In this document: positions 42,574 through 52,998 of the stretch, piece by piece
Position numbering within the stretch: position 1 is the first letter of the stretch
Layout: every line of letters starts with the position of its first letter
Position numbers and translations under genes: made by a program
Notes under the pieces: generated by a model
Seen by the model: the letters and a program-made list of their open reading frames with translations, nothing else
What the model was told of the DNA's origin: nothing
Databases searched by the model: none
Source: an uncultured cyanobacterium
GTDB lineage: Bacteria; Cyanobacteriota; Cyanobacteriia; CAKZMO01
Length of the DNA: 64,000 nt
Assembly: GCA_963719515.1 (NCBI GenBank)
Contig: CAVRCJ010000020.1
Location: 23,176 to 87,175 of the forward strand
Direction of reading: 5' to 3'

Positions 42574-43236
42574 ATGCGTGTGATTCTCATCGGCGAGGCC
42601 AAGCTCGCCTATTTCCTAGGCCGTCAATTTGCCAGCAAGGGCTATCAGCTCACCATCATTACTCCCAGCTCGGATGATGCCACAGTCCTATCCCGCAAGC
42701 TCAAGGCAACGGTGCTCATCGGCGACGGCAGCGACCCTGCCTTGCTAGAAGCGGCCAACGCTTACCAGGCTAAAGTGCTGCTGGCGCTGACGCCGCAGGA
42801 TCAAGACAACCTGGTGGCCTGCCAGTTTGCTCAGCGGCGCTACGGCGTCCCCCGCACGATCGCCTTGGTCAACGACCCAGATAACCGAGAGGTGTTTGAG
42901 AAGCTGGGGGTCAACCTAGCCTTCTCCGCAACAGAGGTGCTGGGCAGCATGATTGAGCAGCAGGCGGGCTATGAATCGATTAAAACCCTGATGCCGGTGG
43001 CGGATGGGGATGTCTGCGTCTCGGAGCTAGCCCTGAAAGACTCCTCGCCCAGCGTTGGCCAGGCGGTTCAAGACCTTGCGCTGACGGGCGCTCTGCTGAG
43101 CTGCGTGATTCGGGAAGGGCGAGCCTTTGTGCCCCAAGATGATACTACCCTCAGAGCGGGCGATCGCGTGGTGCTGGTGAGCGAGACGCCCCAGGTTGGC
43201 CCCGCCCTACGGACCATCATGGGAGAGGAAGTTTAG
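42574..43236 (+). CDS. trkA: TrkA-family potassium uptake protein (TrkA-N plus TrkA-C)
   Basis: GDGSDP..LEAA, ALTPQDQDNL, C-terminal PQDDTTLRAGDRV. Confidence 0.85.
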   Translation: MRVILIGEAKLAYFLGRQFASKGYQLTIITPSSDDATVLSRKLKATVLIGDGSDPALLEAANAYQAKVLLALTPQDQDNLVACQFAQRRYGVPRTIALVNDPDNREVFEKLGVNLAFSATEVLGSMIEQQAGYESIKTLMPVADGDVCVSELALKDSSPSVGQAVQDLALTGALLSCVIREGRAFVPQDDTTLRAGDRVVLVSETPQVGPALRTIMGEEV

Positions 43237-44712
43237 ATGCCCTATTCGAGCTATTTACGCGATCGCTACCGCGCCATTGTGGGCTACACGGGCCTGATTT
43301 GCATGTTTGCAAGCCTGGGAATCCTGGCACCGCTGGTGGCGCTGGTGGCCTACCCCGAAGAGCTAGCGATCGCCTGGGGTCTGCTGCTGCCGGGAGCGCT
43401 GATGTGCGCCCTGGGCTATTTCATGTGGCGGCTGGCCCCTAAATCTACCGTCAGCCTCACCCTTCAAGAAGGGGCCGTAGTCGTAGTCCTGGGCTGGTTC
43501 TTGGCCGTGGTGTTTGGGGCCGCCCCATTCATCCTGCTGGATGGCCTCACGCTGACTCAAGCCGTCTTCGAAGCCACCAGCGGCTGGACGACGACGGGAT
43601 TGTCCGTGGTAGACGTCACCCAGACTTCCCGCCTAATCTTGCTCTACCGCAGCACCATGGAGCTACTGGGTGGGGCGGGCTTAGCCATTATCACCCTCAG
43701 CGCCATCACTGGCCCTGCCGGGTCGGGGCTGAGCACCGCCGAGGGCCGCAGCGAGCAGCTGGCCCCCAACGTGCAGCGATCGGCCAAGCTGGTTTTGGGC
43801 ATCTATAGCGGCTATGTGGCGGTGGGTATCGTGGCGCTGTGGCTGGCCGGGATGGGCTGGTTTGACGCCATCAATCACTCCTTTGCGGCGCTGTCTACTG
43901 GCGGCTTCTCCACCCGGTCCGACTCCATCGGCTATTGGGACAGCCCTGCGGTGGAGGCAGTCACCATCGTGCTGATGATTTTAGGCGGACTAAACTTTGT
44001 GACCAGCTACCTGCTGCTGACAGGGAAGCTCAAGGCGGTGCTGCGCAACGGACAGGTGCGGCTGCAGGCCCTTCTACTTCCTCTATGCGCCCTAGTGCTG
44101 CTGCTGGGCGTGGTGCCGCTGGTGTACCCCGAGCCGGGTAAAGCCCTGCGCGTGGCCCTGTTTGAAACGATAACGGCGCTATCTACTACGGGCTTCTCCA
44201 CCGTAGGCTATACCGACTGGAACGGCCTCGGCTGGATTATCATGATCGGGCTGATGCTAATTGGCGGCGGCGCCGGGTCTACGGCAGGGGGCATTAAGCA
44301 GCTGCGAATCTATATTCTGTACCGCAGCTTTCTGTGGGAGGTAAAGCGGATGCTGCTGCCCCAGCAGGCGGTGAGCGAGCCTCACATCTGGCAGAGCGAG
44401 CAGCGCAAGTTCCTCAGTGATGAGCAGATTCGCCAGGTGGGCGTGTTTGTTTTCTTGTACCTGGTGACCTATCTGGTGGGCAGCGCCATCATTGCGGCTT
44501 ACGGCTACTCCCTGCAGGAGGCGCTGTTTGAATATGCCAGCACTATGGGCACGGTGGGCCTGTCTATAGGGGTGACGGCGGCGGACGCGCCGGTGGGGCT
44601 GCTGTGGACGCAGATTGTCGGCATGTTTTTAGGGCGTCTGGAGTTCTTTACGGTGTTTGTGGGGGTGATTCGCCTGCTGCGGGATGTGCGGCCTGCGGCT
44701 TTGTCGGGGTGA
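43237..44712 (+). CDS. trkH: TrkH potassium uptake membrane protein
   Basis: Four pore loops SGWTTTG, STGGFS, STTGFS, GTVGLS; GSTAGGIK; MFLGRLE. Confidence 0.93.
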   Translation: MPYSSYLRDRYRAIVGYTGLICMFASLGILAPLVALVAYPEELAIAWGLLLPGALMCALGYFMWRLAPKSTVSLTLQEGAVVVVLGWFLAVVFGAAPFILLDGLTLTQAVFEATSGWTTTGLSVVDVTQTSRLILLYRSTMELLGGAGLAIITLSAITGPAGSGLSTAEGRSEQLAPNVQRSAKLVLGIYSGYVAVGIVALWLAGMGWFDAINHSFAALSTGGFSTRSDSIGYWDSPAVEAVTIVLMILGGLNFVTSYLLLTGKLKAVLRNGQVRLQALLLPLCALVLLLGVVPLVYPEPGKALRVALFETITALSTTGFSTVGYTDWNGLGWIIMIGLMLIGGGAGSTAGGIKQLRIYILYRSFLWEVKRMLLPQQAVSEPHIWQSEQRKFLSDEQIRQVGVFVFLYLVTYLVGSAIIAAYGYSLQEALFEYASTMGTVGLSIGVTAADAPVGLLWTQIVGMFLGRLEFFTVFVGVIRLLRDVRPAALSG

Positions 44713-45328
44713 TTCGCGGGGAGGGCCCGGCCACTGCTCTATTCAGAGCTATTTTTGGGGTTGAGCTTTCTCCCGCTGCAGAGACAACAGTGAACGACAA
44801 GCCCAGCCCATTGAGCACTCTTTGAGCTGGGATAATCCTGGATTTTTAACAAGCTAAACCGCGTCTATGTTGAGACGTGTAGTTTCTGGAAAATGCCTCT
44901 GAAGCCTACAGCCTCTAGACTGAGAGCTTTTTAGAGCTAGCCTAAAAACTACAGCTTTCGAGCTAGACGAGGTTTAACTTGCTGCTGCTGGCTTATAGAA
45001 GTCGCCGTAAAACCCATTCGCTTTAGCGGTGGGATATAAGGCGGTGAGCGTAGCAAACATATGCAAAACCCTTGCTGTGACTGGGATTTGCTATAATAAA
45101 GGCGGTCAATGACCCACCCGAGACGCAGACGTAACAGACAGCCTAACGTGACGAAATCGGCAATCAGCTGATGGCGCGGAAAGCTCGGTAGACCGGGAAA
45201 AGAGGATAGGGCAACGGAAACGACCCTAGAATCAACAATCGACATAGAATTCCTTGAATTCAACAAAGAAGAACCGCAGGGCTTGCGGGGATAGTCTGTG
45301 GAGCGATCGTAAGACCGGAAAGGTTTAG

Positions 45329-47060
45329 CCCGGATATCTCACCAAGAGGTAGAAGTTGGGGTCAAAGAACTGCGAGAATGCAGATACCACAAAGCTTCTG
45401 GCAGCTTTAACCTATGACCCCAACAATTACAGAGTGTAGCGGAAAACCCATCGTTGTAGATCGCATCGACAAGCGCAAGGTTGTCGTGGATTTTGATGGT
45501 GGGCACCTGAGCCACGACGGTGGGCTAGCGCTAGTGGCAGCAGTAGATCGCCACTTTGGCATCAGCGGTAAGTTTGCGGAGTGCTTCACGGACCACCGAG
45601 ACCCATCACGGGTGCAGCATAGCGTAGAGCATCTGTTGAGCCAGCGGCTGTATGGATTGGTGCAGGGATATGAGGATCTCAATGACCATGAGCAGTTGCG
45701 CCACGACCTGAGCTTCTGCGCGGCGGTTGGGAAGCTTGAGAGCAATCACGCCCGCTGCGCGCCGTTGTCAGGCAAGAGTACGCTGAATCGCTTCGAGGGC
45801 TCGCCGCACTACGACAGCGAAAAGCCAGGGCGCTACGTGCGCATCAGCATGGACCGGGAGGCGATAGAGCAAACGTTTCTTGACCTATTTTTTCAGCTAT
45901 CAGAGCCCACTCCAAAGGAGCTGATATTGGACTTGGACGTAACCGATGATGCTACCCATGGCAACCAGATTGATAGCTTCTTCAATGGCTACTACCAGCA
46001 TGAGTGCTACGCGCCGCTGTTGATTTTCTGCGGACATCACCTGCTGGCGGCGCAACTGCGCCCTTCGAACGTGGACCCAGCTCAAGGCGCTTTGGAGCAG
46101 CTGCAGCGCATCATTCCCAAGCTGCGTCTGCGCTGGCCTGAGGTGAGAATCATCGTGCGGGGCGACAGCGCCTATGGCCGAGAGGACATCATGAGCTGGT
46201 GCGAGGCGCAGCCAAGTGTGGACTATGTGCTGGGGCTAGCGGGCAATGGGGTTTTGGAGCGCATGAGCCAACCGCTTGAAGCCAAGGCTAAAGCTGAGTT
46301 CGAGCGCTGCGGTAGCGTCGAGCCTCCCTTGCCCACCACCGCTTGGTATCGTACCGTCTACTACCGCACCCAATCGTCTTGGACAAGGCGGCGGCGCGTG
46401 GTGAGCAAAATCACCTACTCAGAGGCTGGCCCCAAGCGTCACTATGTCGTCACCTCGATTCCCGCGAGCCAGATGCTTCCTTCAGCGCTTCACCAAGACC
46501 TCTATTGCCCCAGGGGCGATATGGAGAATCGCATCAAGGAACACCAGCTTGCCCTGTTCAGCGACCGCACCTCTACCCATACCTTCGAGAGTAACCAGCT
46601 GCGGCTTTGGTTCTCTTCGATGGCCTATGTGCTCATGCATGCCCTTCGTCAGCATCTGCTCTATGGCACCGTCCTTGCCAAGGCTCAGCTGGGCACCATC
46701 CGCCTCAAGCTCCTCAAGCTCGCTGCCCATATTCGCTTATCCGTTAGGCGGGTTCACATTGCCCTTGCTTCCCATGAACCTTACCGTGACTTGCTCGAGC
46801 GGCTTTACTACCGATTGAACCAGCTGCCTCGGCCAGGGTAGACCCCTTGAGCTACGTTGCTTATTAATCTCATAGCCTCTGGTGCCTTTGGCCTCGCTTC
46901 AGCCTGCCGATTTTTTCCAAAAATCTCTGCCCTCTGCTCTCGGCGATCGCCTAGAGCGCATTTGTCGTCCCCACGGCCATTCCAGAATCAGCTCATTCTC
47001 ACTAAGCTGTTACTATTGACACTCAGCTTCCCCCCTCAATTTGCTTGTGAGAAATCCGGG
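45329..47060 (+). mobile_element. IS1380-family insertion sequence (1732 bp)
   Basis: Terminal inverted repeats CCCGGATATCTCAC / GTGAGAAATCCGGG; 5-bp target duplication TTTAG at 45324-45328 and 47061-47065. Confidence 0.92.
45414..46841 (+). CDS. IS1380-family DDE transposase
   Basis: FDGGHLSHDGG, GYEDLNDH..LR.D, LDLDVTDD..HGNQ, VRGDS, Y..RGDMENRIKE. Confidence 0.93.
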   Translation: MTPTITECSGKPIVVDRIDKRKVVVDFDGGHLSHDGGLALVAAVDRHFGISGKFAECFTDHRDPSRVQHSVEHLLSQRLYGLVQGYEDLNDHEQLRHDLSFCAAVGKLESNHARCAPLSGKSTLNRFEGSPHYDSEKPGRYVRISMDREAIEQTFLDLFFQLSEPTPKELILDLDVTDDATHGNQIDSFFNGYYQHECYAPLLIFCGHHLLAAQLRPSNVDPAQGALEQLQRIIPKLRLRWPEVRIIVRGDSAYGREDIMSWCEAQPSVDYVLGLAGNGVLERMSQPLEAKAKAEFERCGSVEPPLPTTAWYRTVYYRTQSSWTRRRRVVSKITYSEAGPKRHYVVTSIPASQMLPSALHQDLYCPRGDMENRIKEHQLALFSDRTSTHTFESNQLRLWFSSMAYVLMHALRQHLLYGTVLAKAQLGTIRLKLLKLAAHIRLSVRRVHIALASHEPYRDLLERLYYRLNQLPRPG

Positions 47061-47127
47061 TTTAGGCCTCGAAGGCAGATGCTATGAAGCAGAAACCTCC
47101 TCGGGTGACCGGGGAATCCCACGTGCT

Positions 47128-47997
47128 TTAGCCGTGGGAGTAGTCAAGGAGAGCCACGCCAACCATCACGAGCAGAATGCCGCAGAGGTCACGGAGCGTT
47201 GGAATTTGGCCGAGCACAACGGCACCCACTATCGTCGCAGTTGCAGGCAGCAGAGCCAGCAGGAGGGCATAGGTATTGCGGGGAAGCTGGGACATTGCCA
47301 GCTGATCGCAAACGTAGGGCACCACTGACGAGCTAATACCGACGCCGACGCCCGCCAAAATCAGCATCGGGAAGGAAAAGGCGGCGATCGCATCAGAAAA
47401 TCCAATCGGCATGACAAACAGAAACGCCGCCGCCATGGCAGCGCCGAGTCTACCGATCCCTTCCTCTGCGCCCTGCTCTGAAATTCGATGCCCCAGAATA
47501 ATATATGCCATGAACAGGAGCGCGTTAGCAGAGGCATAAAAGAGTCCCCACGGGTCGCTAGACCAGACCAGGTCAATCAAAATGAACACGCCTGCAACTG
47601 CTAAGGCCAAAGCCACGTAGTTGCGCATTGTCCTCAGCCCGAACAGCGCTACGGCAATCGTGCCAACGAACTCCATCGTAGCTACCAAGCTTAGCGGCAG
47701 CCGGTCGATGGCGAGATAGAAGGCGCTGTTCATTAGGGCGAGACAAGCACCCAACAGCAACAGCAACATAACGCTCGCTTTGTTAGAAGAGCGAAACGTT
47801 TTCCAGGGCCGAGTCCAGACGGCGAAGACCAGCGCAGCGCTAGCAATTCTGAACCAAGCCACCCCCAGAACGCCGACAGGCTCAAACAGGAGTACGGCGA
47901 AAGAGGGGCCGAGGTAGTGAAAGATAGCGCTGACGACAAACCAGACGTGAGGCGGCGTAGCTTCTATGCGAGTAGATACGGCGTTTGGTATTTTCAT
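47128..47997 (-). CDS. EamA/DMT-family transporter; last codons supplied by the inserted mini-element
   Basis: About ten TM helices, FHYLGPSFAV, FYLAIDRLPL, LLALLPA.A. Confidence 0.88.
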   Translation of the reverse strand: MKIPNAVSTRIEATPPHVWFVVSAIFHYLGPSFAVLLFEPVGVLGVAWFRIASAALVFAVWTRPWKTFRSSNKASVMLLLLLGACLALMNSAFYLAIDRLPLSLVATMEFVGTIAVALFGLRTMRNYVALALAVAGVFILIDLVWSSDPWGLFYASANALLFMAYIILGHRISEQGAEEGIGRLGAAMAAAFLFVMPIGFSDAIAAFSFPMLILAGVGVGISSSVVPYVCDQLAMSQLPRNTYALLLALLPATATIVGAVVLGQIPTLRDLCGILLVMVGVALLDYSHG

Positions 47998-48082
47998 GCG
48001 TTAATATTATCAACGCCTTTTTGGCTTTAACATAGCCAATAAAAGGCAAAGCGGCAGAGTATCCTAACTAAAATAGGAAATA

Positions 48083-48560
48083 ATGGAGAAACACCTTCCA
48101 ATATCAAAAATCCAAGCTAGACGAGATAGACATGCGCCTGTTGCGCATCCTGTACGAAGATGCGAGAACCTCTATCGCTGATATTGCTAGGCAGCTCAGC
48201 ATGTCTTCTCCCAGCGTCTCAGAAAGGCTGAGGCGACTAAAAGAGGCCGGCGTTATTCGAGCTTTCACGCTAGAAGTGGATCCCAAGCTGCTAGGCTACG
48301 CCTTGTCGTTCTATATTCGAATTCGACCTTTACCCGGTCAGCTCAGCAAAGCGGTTTCCGTCATCAAAGAGATTGAGGAAATTGTTGAATGTGACCGCGT
48401 TACGGGAGACGACTGTTTTATTGCCAAGGTTCACGTCGGCTCTACTGAAGAATTAGAGAAGATCATCAACAGGCTTATTCCTTACTCCCAAACCAACACG
48501 TCTTTAATCCAATCCTCACCGGTTGAAAGGCGGCTGTCTTTGCTAGACAGACTTTACTGA
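48083..48560 (+). CDS. Lrp/AsnC-family regulator, probable +1 frameshift in the A5 run at 48106-48110
   Basis: LDEIDMRLLRILYEDAR.SIADIA...VSERLRRL; CDRVTGDDCF; the SD-preceded ATG at 48083 is out of frame by one base. Confidence 0.85.
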
Positions 48561-48607
48561 ACAGACAAGCGGGCGAGTAAAAATGCCAGCATTCAAAACA
48601 ACTTTGA

Positions 48608-49108
48608 CTACGATCGCCGCGACTTCCACCGCCGCGCCACCCGCAATCCCACGATGTAAGCCACAACCGCACTCGGCAACCCCACCACCACACACCCAAG
48701 AAACAGCGTCGCAGCAAACCCCGCCCCCAACATCATGAATTCCTGAAACGCTGCCCAGCCCGATGCACTGACCACATCCCCAATCGCTCCCGGTTCTGGC
48801 ACCATTGCCGACAGCCCAAACCGCTCCAGCAGCCATATCCCAACGCGAAAATTAAAGTAGTAGATGGGCACATAGGTCAGCGGGTTGCTCACCCAGGTGC
48901 CCGCCGCCGCCATTAGCTTATTGCCCCGCACCGCCGCCGCGATCGCCACTCCGAAGAGAGTCTGTATGCCAAACAGCGGAAACAGCCCTGCAAACACCCC
49001 CGCCGCTAGTCCGCGGGCGATCGCCTCGGGGCTGCTTTGTATGCGAACAAAGCGAATGTAGAGATAGCGCAGCTGACGTTGCCAGGTACGCCGTTTGCGG
49101 GGTGGCAT
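48608..49108 (-). CDS. DUF2062 membrane protein
   Basis: SPEAIARGLAAGVF...P.FG.Q...NPLT.VPIY. Confidence 0.85.
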   Translation of the reverse strand: MPPRKRRTWQRQLRYLYIRFVRIQSSPEAIARGLAAGVFAGLFPLFGIQTLFGVAIAAAVRGNKLMAAAGTWVSNPLTYVPIYYFNFRVGIWLLERFGLSAMVPEPGAIGDVVSASGWAAFQEFMMLGAGFAATLFLGCVVVGLPSAVVAYIVGLRVARRWKSRRS

Positions 49109-49267
49109 AGATCGTAGGAGGGGAATATCGCCTCCATTCTAAGCGGCATCGCCGCTAGAGGCCCATCCGCCTGGGCAGCGGCACGTTAGGATCGGCTTAC
49201 CCGTTCCATCCGTCCCTATAGGGGGTTAGCAGCCGCTGACCCTGACGACGGCTATACGTCCATCACC

Positions 49268-50638
49268 ATGACTACCGTCACCGACACCATCGCCGCGATC
49301 GCCACCGCCGTTGTGCCTCAGCAGGGCAGCGTCAGCATCGTGCGACTGTCTGGCCCTGAAGCCTGGGCGATCGCTCGCGCCCTCTTTCACGCGCCGGGGC
49401 GTCAGCCCTGGGAGAGCCACCGCATTCTCTACGGCATGGTGCGCCACCCCAAAACGCAGCAGGTGGTGGACGAGGCGCTCTTGCTGCTTATGCAGGCCCC
49501 CCGCTCCTACACCCGAGAAGATGTGGTGGAGTTTCACTGTCACGGCGGGCTGATGGCGGTGCAGCATGTGCTCACCCTGTGCTTAGAGTGCGGCGCGCGG
49601 CTGGCCCAAGCGGGGGAGTTTACCCTGCGGGCGTTTTTGAACGGGCGGCTAGACCTCACCCAGGCGGAAAGCGTATCGGACCTAGTGGGGGCAGAGTCGC
49701 CCCAGGCGGCGGAGCTGGCGCTAGCGGGGATTCAGGGGAAGCTGGCGGAACCGATTCGGCGGCTGCGGCAGACCTGCCTGGAAATTTTGGCGGAGGTGGA
49801 GGCGCGAATTGACTTTGAAGACGATCTGCCGCCGCTGGATGAAGACTGGGTGCGCCAGGAACTCCGCAAGGTGTTGATGACCATTGAGCGGGTGCTGGCG
49901 ACGGCGGATAGAGGAGAGCTATTGCGTACGGGCCTGAAGGTGGCCATCGTGGGACGCCCCAACGTAGGAAAGTCGAGCCTGCTGAACGCCTGGAGCCGCA
50001 GCGATCGCGCCATTGTCACAGACCTGCCCGGGACGACGCGGGATGTGGTGGAGTCGCGGCTGGTGGTGGGGGGAATTCCGGTGCAGGTGCTCGATACTGC
50101 TGGGATTCGGGAGGCGACGGACCAAGTGGAGCAGCTGGGAGTAGCGCGATCGCGGCAGGCGGCGCAGGCGGCAGATTTGGTGCTGCTGGTGGTGGATGCG
50201 GCCTGGGGCTGGACGGCTGAGGATCAGGCTATTTATCAGCAGACTGAGGGGCGCAAGCTGATTTTGGTGCTCAATAAGGTTGATTTGGTTCCGCTTGAGA
50301 GTGGTTTTCCTGAGCTGCCGCCTCATCCGGTAGTGAAAACGGCGGCGGCTAAGCAGGAGGGCATTGAGGCGCTGGAGGCGGAAATCTTAGCGCTAGTTCA
50401 GGAGGGGGTGACGGCGATGAATTTGGATCTGGCGATTAACCAACGGCAGGCGGCGGCGCTGCTGCGGGCAAAGGACGCTTTGCGACAGGTTGAGACCACC
50501 ATGTCAGACGGTCTGCCGCTCGACTTTTGGACTATCGATTTGCGAGAGGCGGTTCGGGCGCTGGGGGAAATTACCGGAGAGGAGGTCACAGAGTCGATGC
50601 TAGATCAAATCTTTAGCAAGTTTTGCATCGGTAAGTAG
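49268..50638 (+). CDS. mnmE: tRNA modification GTPase MnmE
   Basis: [50 protein letters not shown]. Confidence 0.97.
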   Translation: MTTVTDTIAAIATAVVPQQGSVSIVRLSGPEAWAIARALFHAPGRQPWESHRILYGMVRHPKTQQVVDEALLLLMQAPRSYTREDVVEFHCHGGLMAVQHVLTLCLECGARLAQAGEFTLRAFLNGRLDLTQAESVSDLVGAESPQAAELALAGIQGKLAEPIRRLRQTCLEILAEVEARIDFEDDLPPLDEDWVRQELRKVLMTIERVLATADRGELLRTGLKVAIVGRPNVGKSSLLNAWSRSDRAIVTDLPGTTRDVVESRLVVGGIPVQVLDTAGIREATDQVEQLGVARSRQAAQAADLVLLVVDAAWGWTAEDQAIYQQTEGRKLILVLNKVDLVPLESGFPELPPHPVVKTAAAKQEGIEALEAEILALVQEGVTAMNLDLAINQRQAAALLRAKDALRQVETTMSDGLPLDFWTIDLREAVRALGEITGEEVTESMLDQIFSKFCIGK

Positions 50639-50907
50639 GCGGTATGGCAATAAGGGAGGAGCGGGCGAGTATGGGAGCGACGCAGCGATGAAGCCTCCGT
50701 ACTTGCTGCGTCGCTCCCATACTGCGTTAGCCTTAGTATCTGTAGGGGCGGGAAAGGTAAACAAAGTCACATCCGGGTTGCTCACTGCCCTGAATATACA
50801 GGTCGCTATGAAGGTGTGGCCTGTTTAGGGTGCCTGGTGAGAGCAAAGGTGTGGGTGAGAACTGCCCGCTCTACGAGCTAGGATTCAATCTAACCAACTA
50901 ATAACAC

Positions 50908-51975
50908 GTGTATTCAACTGCTAATCATCAGCGCGATCTGGCCTCTAATTCAGAGTCATTGTGTGAGGCTCCTGAGCTTCCATTCACCCTCAGCGACCTC
51001 AGAGCAGCCATTCCGGCCCGCTGCTTCGAGCCCTCAGTACCGCGATCGCTGGCGTACTTTTTCTGGGATATTGGGGTCATCGCTGGGCTGTATGCGATCG
51101 CCTACAGTTTAAACTCCTGGCTTTTCTTTCCGATTTTTTGGGTGCTGCAGGGCACCATGTTTTGGGCGCTGTTCGTCGTCGGCCACGACTGCGGTCACGG
51201 CTCATTTTCTAGATCTCCGCGGCTCAACGCGCTAATTGGACATCTGAGCCACACCCCCCTTCTAGTGCCATACCATGGCTGGCGCATCAGCCACCGCACC
51301 CACCACGCCAATACCGGGAACGTCGACACCGACGAAAGCTGGTACCCCATTCCCAAGTCAAAGTATGAGTCTATGGACTGGCCAGAAAAGCTGGTTCGCT
51401 TTTATCTACCGCTTTTTGCTTACCCAATCTATTTGTTTAAGCGATCGCCCGACCGAAAGGGATCTCACTTTATGCCCGACAGCCCGCTGTTCAAGCCATC
51501 AGAAAAGTGGGATGTGCTCACCAGCACGTTTTGCCTAGTAGGGATGCTGGCGCTGCTGGCCTGGTTTGCGGTGCAGTTTGGCTGGGTGGCGCTGGTGACC
51601 TACTATGTGATGCCCTACGTCGTCTTTGTGATGTGGCTTGACCTAGTGACGTTCTTGCACCACAGCGAAGCCGATATTCCCTGGTATCGCGGGGAGTCCT
51701 GGACGTTTTTGCGGGGGGCGCTGTCCACCATCGATCGCGACTACGGCTGGGTGAACCCGATTCACCATGATATCGGTACCCATGTGGCGCACCATATCTT
51801 TTTGAACATGCCCCACTACAACTTAAAGGAGGCGACGGAGGCGATTAAGCCTATTCTTGGGGACTACTACCGTAAGTCTGAGGCTCCAATTTGGCGTAGC
51901 TTTATGCGATCGCAGCGGGATTGTCATTTTGTGTCGGATGACGGTCCGATGGTGTATTATCAGCCGAAGCTATAG
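50908..51975 (+). CDS. desB: Omega-3 (delta-15) acyl-lipid desaturase
   Basis: His boxes HDCGH, HRTHH, HVAHH; QGTMFWALFVVG. Confidence 0.9.
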   Translation: MYSTANHQRDLASNSESLCEAPELPFTLSDLRAAIPARCFEPSVPRSLAYFFWDIGVIAGLYAIAYSLNSWLFFPIFWVLQGTMFWALFVVGHDCGHGSFSRSPRLNALIGHLSHTPLLVPYHGWRISHRTHHANTGNVDTDESWYPIPKSKYESMDWPEKLVRFYLPLFAYPIYLFKRSPDRKGSHFMPDSPLFKPSEKWDVLTSTFCLVGMLALLAWFAVQFGWVALVTYYVMPYVVFVMWLDLVTFLHHSEADIPWYRGESWTFLRGALSTIDRDYGWVNPIHHDIGTHVAHHIFLNMPHYNLKEATEAIKPILGDYYRKSEAPIWRSFMRSQRDCHFVSDDGPMVYYQPKL

Positions 51976-52089
51976 GCAAAGATGAAATAAATAGGGTCGG
52001 GCATGATGGCAGCAGCAATCTCGAAGAGAGATTCGGTCTTCGTCTGCCTGACCGCTCGGTGATTGCGAGCCCGTAGGGCAGTGCCCACC

Positions 52090-52998
52090 CTACTCGTTTT
52101 TCAACCCCACAAGCCGCTCAGAAACCTGCCAAAGCTTTTGGGCAACATCCTCACGCTGAGCCGCCTTCGAGGGAGACGCCATCCCCGGCTCGCCGCTGAT
52201 CTCCAAAAAGCCCTGCGGCCCATAATAGTCGCCGCCGCCCACCTCCGGAGCCAAAGCCGCATACAGCGTCGGCAGCGCTGCCCGGTCAGGGTCGTGGGTG
52301 AAGGGCAGCAGCGTGAACCGCAGCAGCAGCGCCACCGCATCTGGAATGTGCCGCCCTAGCTCTGTAGGGGAACCACCGGGGTGGGCACAGACCGAGAGAA
52401 CATTACGCCCCCCTTCCTTAAGGCGGCGGTCTAGCTCCAGGGCAAACATCAGGCAGGCCAGCTTACTTTGCGCATAGGCCCCCATCGCTGAGTACCCAGA
52501 CTCCGACTGCAGGTCAGAGAAATCAATCTGCGCCATCTTGTGGGCGTTGCTGCTCAGCGACACCACCCGAGACTCGCTGCTGTCTGGCATCAGGTCCAGC
52601 AGCAGCTCCGTGAGCAAGAAATGGCCCAAATAGTTGACGCCCATCTGCTGCTCAAAGCCGTCTTCGGTTTTGCTGTAGGGCGGGCACATCACCCCCGCAT
52701 TGTTGATTAGCAGATCCAACTGGGAGAACTGCTCTCGGTAGGCTTCGGCAAAGGTCCGCACGGAGTCCAGGTCACTCAAATCCAGCAGCATCACCTCTAC
52801 GTTGCCCCCGGGTACCTGGGCCAAGATGTTGCCTTTTGCCTGGGTTGCTTTGGTCTGGTCGCGGCAGGCTAGAATTACCGTCATGCCGGTTTTAGCCAGG
52901 GCCAAGGCCGTTTCGTAGCCGATGCCGATGTTGGCTCCGGTGACGATGGCGATCCTGCCGGTTTGGGAGGGTAGGGCGGTGGGGTCGAAGGTGGGCAT
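52090..52998 (-). CDS. Short-chain dehydrogenase/reductase
   Basis: TGANIGIG, INNAGVM, NYLGHF, YAQSK. Confidence 0.92.
   Translation of the reverse strand: MPTFDPTALPSQTGRIAIVTGANIGIGYETALALAKTGMTVILACRDQTKATQAKGNILAQVPGGNVEVMLLDLSDLDSVRTFAEAYREQFSQLDLLINNAGVMCPPYSKTEDGFEQQMGVNYLGHFLLTELLLDLMPDSSESRVVSLSSNAHKMAQIDFSDLQSESGYSAMGAYAQSKLACLMFALELDRRLKEGGRNVLSVCAHPGGSPTELGRHIPDAVALLLRFTLLPFTHDPDRAALPTLYAALAPEVGGGDYYGPQGFLEISGEPGMASPSKAAQREDVAQKLWQVSERLVGLKNE

Larger units (their letters stand above)
44997..47147 (+). mobile_element. Non-autonomous IS200/IS605-type mini-element (~414 bp without the nested IS1380), inserted 3' of TTAT in the EamA gene end
   Basis: Left end GTCGCCGTAAAACCCATTCGCTTTAGCGGTGGGATATAAGGCG; right end GAATCCCACGTGCTTTAGCCGTGGGAGTAGTCAA; joining the flanks restores the EamA C-terminus ALHKPAAAS*. 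Confidence 0.85.

Noticed and set aside
44949..45266. 105-aa minus-strand ORF across the mini-element left end
   Set aside because: Crosses the element boundary and has no transposase motifs
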